From Acidimicrobiia bacterium (lineage in GTDB: Bacteria > Actinomycetota > Acidimicrobiia > Spongiisociales > UBA11373), in the NCBI GenBank assembly GCA_040878325.1, contig JBBDMM010000009.1, forward strand, positions 54,131 to 74,130: DNA of 20,000 bases, read 5' to 3'. Shown here one piece after another: positions 15,960-20,000 of this stretch (position 1 is its first letter; every line of letters starts with the position of its first letter). Below the pieces are notes generated by a model, which saw only the letters and a program-made list of their open reading frames with translations, did no database searches and was not told the origin of the DNA. The position numbers and the translations under genes were made by a program.

Positions 15960-16033
15960 AGGGGCGTAGCTCAATTTGGCAGAGCACTGGTCTCCAAAAC
16001 CAGCGGTTGGGGGTTCGAGTCCCTCCGCCCCTG
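15960..16033 (+). tRNA. tRNA-Trp (CCA)
   Basis: AGGGGCG/CGCCCCT acceptor stem and CTGGT-CTCCAAA-ACCAG anticodon arm; lies just before secE. Confidence 0.97.
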
Positions 16034-16105
16034 CTGGATGCCCCAACAACAAGAGGACGGACCACCGGTGGCTGCGGCCTGTGATCCGGACCGAGAGGTA
16101 ACGAC

Positions 16106-16387
16106 ATGAACCGCGAGTTGCGGCGGCTACAGGAGATGGAAGAGAAGCGGGCGAAGGATCGTCGCGCTCAGGCGATGACGCAACGGCGTCGTAAGGAGCG
16201 CGTCGGCTTCCGCCAGTTCGTATCCGAGGTCCGTACCGAACTTCGTCGGGTGGCCTGGCCGGGAAGGCGCGAGACCATCACCTTCACCGTGGTCACTCTC
16301 ATCACTGCAGGGTTCGTCACCCTCTACACCCTCGGGCTCGACCTCACGCTCAAGCGCGGCATCCTGGCGCTTCTGGAGTTGCGGTGA
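16106..16387 (+). CDS. secE: Preprotein translocase subunit SecE
   Basis: FVSEVRTELRRVAWPGRRE motif plus a single TM segment, between tRNA-Trp and nusG. Confidence 0.93.
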   Translation: MNRELRRLQEMEEKRAKDRRAQAMTQRRRKERVGFRQFVSEVRTELRRVAWPGRRETITFTVVTLITAGFVTLYTLGLDLTLKRGILALLELR

Positions 16388-17160
16388 ACGACGAAACCCT
16401 TGACGACCTGACTGCAACACCGGACCCGGCCGACGATGCCGCCGATTCCCCGGGGGACGCGCTCGACCGCGCCCGTGAGCTCTTGGGTACGTCGATCGCC
16501 ACCGAGGAGCGCCCCGAGGAGCCCGAGGCCGAGGTGTCGGCGGAGGAGGAGCCGGTTGGTTCCGCCCCCGGCGAGGGGGCCGAAGGCGGGGCCGAACCGG
16601 TGCGTCCGCCCTCGAGCCCGTTCGACCTGCCGGGATCGTGGTTCGTGATCCACTCGTACAGCGGCTACGAGAACAAGGTCAAGGCCAACCTCACCACCCG
16701 CATCACCTCGATGCACATGGAGGACGCCATCTTCGACGTCGTCATTCCGATGGAGGATGTCGTCGAGATCAAGAGTGGGCGGAAGGTGACCGTGGCCCGC
16801 AAGCAGTTCCCGGGTTATTTGCTGGTGCGCATGTACCTCGACGACGACTCATGGGGCGTGGTCCGCAACACTCCCGGCGTCACCGGATTCGTCGGATCGG
16901 GTACCAAGCCGACTCCGCTGTCGCGGCGCGAGGTCGAACGGATCCTCGGCGTCCGCAAGGACGAGGAGAAGAAGGCACCCAGGTTCAAGCCGGATTGGGA
17001 AGTGGGCGAGACGGTTCGGGTCACCGAAGGCCCGTTCGCCGATTTCAACGGCGTCATCGAAGACATCAACCTCGACCAGTCGAAGGTCAGGGTTCTCGTC
17101 GACATCTTCGGCCGGGAGACCCCGGTCGAGCTCAACTTCGAGCAGATTCAGAAGTTCTAG
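16384..17160 (+). CDS. nusG: Transcription termination/antitermination factor NusG
   Basis: WFVIHSYSGYENKVK, FPGYLLVRM, VRNTPGVTGFVG and a KOW domain ending IFGRETPVEL; acidic N-terminal extension. Confidence 0.98.
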   Translation: MNDETLDDLTATPDPADDAADSPGDALDRARELLGTSIATEERPEEPEAEVSAEEEPVGSAPGEGAEGGAEPVRPPSSPFDLPGSWFVIHSYSGYENKVKANLTTRITSMHMEDAIFDVVIPMEDVVEIKSGRKVTVARKQFPGYLLVRMYLDDDSWGVVRNTPGVTGFVGSGTKPTPLSRREVERILGVRKDEEKKAPRFKPDWEVGETVRVTEGPFADFNGVIEDINLDQSKVRVLVDIFGRETPVELNFEQIQKF

Positions 17161-17174
17161 GAAGGAACTGACCA

Positions 17175-17603
17175 ATGGGCCGCAAGAAAGTCGCCGCGAT
17201 GCTCAAGCTGCAGATTCCCGCCGGGCAGGCAACCCCTGCACCTCCGGTGGGTCCGGCGCTGGGCCAGCACGGCGTGAACATCATGGACTTCGTCAAGGCT
17301 TACAACGCGGCCACCGAGAGTCAGTCCGGGACGATCGTCCCGGTCGAGATCACTATCTACGACGACCGGTCATTCACCTTCGTGACGAAGACGCCACCGG
17401 CATCGGTGATGCTCCGCCAGGCAGCGCGCATCGAGAAGGGTTCGGCGGTACCGCACACCGAGAAGGTGGGCACGGTCACTCGTGCCCAGGTGAAGCAGAT
17501 CGCCGAGACCAAGATGGTCGACCTCAACGCCAACGACGTCGAGGCCGCGATGAAGATCATCGAGGGAACCGCACGATCGATGGGTTTGAAGGTCGAAGGC
17601 TGA
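17175..17603 (+). CDS. rplK: 50S ribosomal protein L11
   Basis: [23 protein letters not shown] and GTARSMG motifs. Confidence 0.99.
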   Translation: MGRKKVAAMLKLQIPAGQATPAPPVGPALGQHGVNIMDFVKAYNAATESQSGTIVPVEITIYDDRSFTFVTKTPPASVMLRQAARIEKGSAVPHTEKVGTVTRAQVKQIAETKMVDLNANDVEAAMKIIEGTARSMGLKVEG

Positions 17604-17652
17604 GCGCCCCTAGGCGCCTGGCTACCGACCAAGTGACTACCGACTGACAGAT

Positions 17653-17689
17653 GTGGGAGGCGCGTGAGCGCCGTTTGCACCGCAAGGAG
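17653..17689 (+). promoter_or_regulatory. Probable L1-binding autoregulatory mRNA element before rplA
   Basis: GTGGGAGG-hairpin(GGCGC..GCGCC)-GTTTGCACCGC next to SD AAGGAG; resembles the rplK-rplA intergenic L1 sites of Gram-positive bacteria. Confidence 0.6.
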
Positions 17690-17698
17690 ATGATCGAC

Positions 17699-18400
17699 AT
17701 GGGCAAGAAGCGCGACGACGCCATCAAGCGGCTCGATCGAGAGAAGCTGCACTCCCCCGTAGAGGCCCTGGATTTAGTGAAGGCGACGGCCACCGCCGGC
17801 TTCGACGAGACCGTCGAAGCCGCTTTCAACCTCGGCATCGACGCCCGGCAGGCCGATCAGGCCGTTCGCGGCACGATCTCACTCCCTCATGGCACCGGCA
17901 AGTCGGTGCGGGTGCTCGTCTTTGCAGAAGGTGACCAAGCGCGTGCCGCGCAAGAGGCCGGGGCCTATGTCGTGGGAGGTAACGAGCTCGCCGCCGCGGT
18001 CGAGTCGGGCGCCCAGCCCGCCGATTGGGACGTGACCATCGCCGCGCCGTCGATGATGGCGGCGGTGGGGAAGCTGGGCCGGGTGCTGGGCCCGCGCGGC
18101 CTGATGCCGAACCCGAAGGCGGGGACCGTCACCGAGGACATTGGTAAGGCGGTCAACGAGTTCCGCACTGGTCGGGTCGAGTATCGCAATGACAAATTTG
18201 GCAATGTCCATGTGCCCATCGGGAAGGTGTCGTTCGACGCAGACCAGCTGCGGGCGAACCTCGCCGCGGCCATCGACGAGTTGATGAGGGTGAAGCCGGC
18301 TTCGGCGAAGGGCCGTTACATCCGCAAGCTCGCCGTCGCCTCGACGATGGGCCCCGGCGTCAAGGTGGACGTCGGAGCATTGGACACCCTGGACGAGTAG
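17699..18400 (+). CDS. rplA: 50S ribosomal protein L1
   Basis: [33 protein letters not shown] and STMGPG motifs. Start MGKK follows the SD. Confidence 0.99.
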   Translation: MGKKRDDAIKRLDREKLHSPVEALDLVKATATAGFDETVEAAFNLGIDARQADQAVRGTISLPHGTGKSVRVLVFAEGDQARAAQEAGAYVVGGNELAAAVESGAQPADWDVTIAAPSMMAAVGKLGRVLGPRGLMPNPKAGTVTEDIGKAVNEFRTGRVEYRNDKFGNVHVPIGKVSFDADQLRANLAAAIDELMRVKPASAKGRYIRKLAVASTMGPGVKVDVGALDTLDE

Positions 18401-18724
18401 CCCGCAGCCGGCGCTTCTCCCGCCGAGGCGGGAAGAAATGCGGGAGCACCGGGGCCTTCGTCGGCACTGGGACCTGCGGCCGGCCAGGGTTGCCGCATTC
18501 CCCCTCTTCTCAGACGGGCCGGGGTAGGGATCCAAGCCTGCGTCTCCGAGTTGCCGGTGCGGGGCGGTGGTGGTCGGCCCCGCCAGCGCCGGTGCTCCCG
18601 CTGCCTAAGTGTCTCCCCCCTCGGCGGCGGTGTCCAATGACGTTTTTCGCGGACTGGCGTCGGGCGAGCTCTCTTTTGTTCAACCCCGCCGGTGTCGCTA
18701 CGCTCCCGCTCGACAATCAAGAGC

Positions 18725-18790
18725 CGACCCGAGACCGTTGGTCCCCGCTGGGGATAAGGCCATGAGGCCGCCAACGTAGGTGGGCGAGAG
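18725..18790 (+). ncRNA. L10 leader (rplJ-rplL autoregulatory RNA)
   Basis: GAGACC-GTTGG...CCAAC-GTAGG layout matches L10 leaders; candidate -10 TACGCT at 18699-18704; upstream of rplJ. Confidence 0.65.
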
Positions 18791-18873
18791 AGGTTTCTGC
18801 CGCTCCCGCGCATGTCTCGCGTCGGGAGTTTTTCCGTTTCAGGGGAGCGATCCCCATAACAAGGAGAACGGCC

Positions 18874-19557
18874 ATGCCACGACCAGAAAAGGTCCAGGCG
18901 GTTGCCGACATCAAAGAGCGTCTCGAGGGTTCGTCGGCCGTCTTCATGGCGGAATTCGCCGGCCTCTCGGTGAAGGAGCAGCGGGCTCTGCGTCGTGCCC
19001 TGAGCGACGCCGATGGTGACTTCAAGGTCTACAAGATGACCCTCGCCCGAATTGCCGCCACCGAGATGGGACGCGACGAGATACTCGAGATGCTCGTCGG
19101 TCCGACGGGTCTGACTTTTGCCAGGGGCGACGCGGCGGCGACCGCGAAGGTGCTGCGCGACTTCTCCAAGGACCATGCCAGGCTGATCATCAAGGGCGCT
19201 CTGCTGGGCACCGAGGTCCTCACGCCGGAGCGGGTTGCCGCTCTCGCCGATCTCGAACCGCGCGATGTGCTGCTGGCGAAGATCGCCGGCGCATTGCAGG
19301 CGCCGATGGCGGCGATGGCCGGCCTGATGGCGGCGATGCCGCGCAACCTCGCCTCGATGATCAAGCAGTTGATCGACAAGTCCCCGGCTCCAACAGCCGA
19401 ACCGGCTGCTTCGGCAGGCGAAGAGGAGTCTGCAGCCGAGGCTGTCGTCACCGGCGACGACGCCCCCGCTGAGGCAACCACCACTGACGACGATGCGGCC
19501 GCCGCGGCCGAGGTAATCACCGAAGATGAAACGGCCATAAAGGCCGAGGAGGAATAG
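18874..19557 (+). CDS. rplJ: 50S ribosomal protein L10
   Basis: [30 protein letters not shown] and L.GPT motifs; SD AAGGAG; acidic C-terminal tail. Confidence 0.97.
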   Translation: MPRPEKVQAVADIKERLEGSSAVFMAEFAGLSVKEQRALRRALSDADGDFKVYKMTLARIAATEMGRDEILEMLVGPTGLTFARGDAAATAKVLRDFSKDHARLIIKGALLGTEVLTPERVAALADLEPRDVLLAKIAGALQAPMAAMAGLMAAMPRNLASMIKQLIDKSPAPTAEPAASAGEEESAAEAVVTGDDAPAEATTTDDDAAAAAEVITEDETAIKAEEE

Positions 19558-19561
19558 ACCA

Positions 19562-19948
19562 ATGGCAACCAAGCTCAGCCACGACGACCTGCTCGAGGTC
19601 TTCGCGAACATGTCCGTGCTCGAGCTCTCCGAGTTCCTCAAGGAGTTCGAGGAGAAGTTCGATGTGACGGCCGCCGCCCCGATGGCGATGGCGATGGCGG
19701 GAGGCGGCGGTGGCGCTGCCGCGGTCGTCGAGGAGCAGGACGAGTTCGACGTCATCCTCACCGGTGCCGGCGACAAGAAGATCCAGGTGATCAAGGAAGT
19801 CCGCAGCCTCACCAGCCTCGGGCTCAAGGAGGCGAAGGCTCTCGTCGACGAGGCGCCCAAGCCCGTTCTCGAGCACGTCTCCAAGGAAGACGCCGAGAAG
19901 GCGAAGGCCATCCTGGAAGGCGCCGGAGCCACCGTCGAGATCAAGTAG
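19562..19948 (+). CDS. rplL: 50S ribosomal protein L7/L12
   Basis: [23 protein letters not shown] and [17 protein letters not shown] motifs. Confidence 0.99.
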   Translation: MATKLSHDDLLEVFANMSVLELSEFLKEFEEKFDVTAAAPMAMAMAGGGGGAAAVVEEQDEFDVILTGAGDKKIQVIKEVRSLTSLGLKEAKALVDEAPKPVLEHVSKEDAEKAKAILEGAGATVEIK

Positions 19949-19956
19949 AAGAGGTC

Positions 19957-19975
19957 GGCCGCCCTTCGGGCGGCC
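19957..19975 (+). terminator. GC-rich hairpin after rplL
   Basis: GGCCGCCC-TTC-GGGCGGCC 8-bp stem with no U-tract. Confidence 0.45.
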
Positions 19976-20000
19976 TCCCGCGATGGTTCGGCCGGCCAAA

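Noticed and set aside
18316..19944. 542-aa minus-strand ORF across rplJ and rplL
   Set aside because: Antisense to ribosomal protein genes and the L10 leader; stop-poor frames are expected in high-GC DNA.

Overview
High-GC window, most likely from an actinobacterium (probably Acidimicrobiia; inferred from gene order and protein styles, not from a search). Left part: end of the NADH dehydrogenase operon (nuoM partial, nuoN), a small lipoprotein, then a minus-strand cluster of Zn-ribbon membrane protein, orphan histidine kinase, cupredoxin lipoprotein and a beta-lactamase-fold hydrolase fused to a TolB-like propeller. Middle: F420-type oxidoreductase, murI, MidA/NDUFAF7-type methyltransferase, htpX and a convergent membrane protein. 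Right part: core translation cluster tRNA-Tyr/Thr/Met, tuf, rpmG, fused HadA/HadB-like dehydratase, ECF sigma plus ZAS anti-sigma, tRNA-Trp, secE, nusG, rplK, rplA, rplJ, rplL, with probable L1 and L10 leader RNAs. The most unusual signals are (i) a tuf gene that is strongly C-depleted and G/T-skewed with an abrupt switch back to normal codon usage about 14 codons before the stop, (ii) a dispersed family of short hepta/hexamer-repeat elements placed directly after stop codons, (iii) ECF-type promoter motifs, (iv) a probable non-canonical start for the kinase and (v) a long inverted-repeat insert between rplA and rplJ. I see no clear-cut novel multi-gene system.
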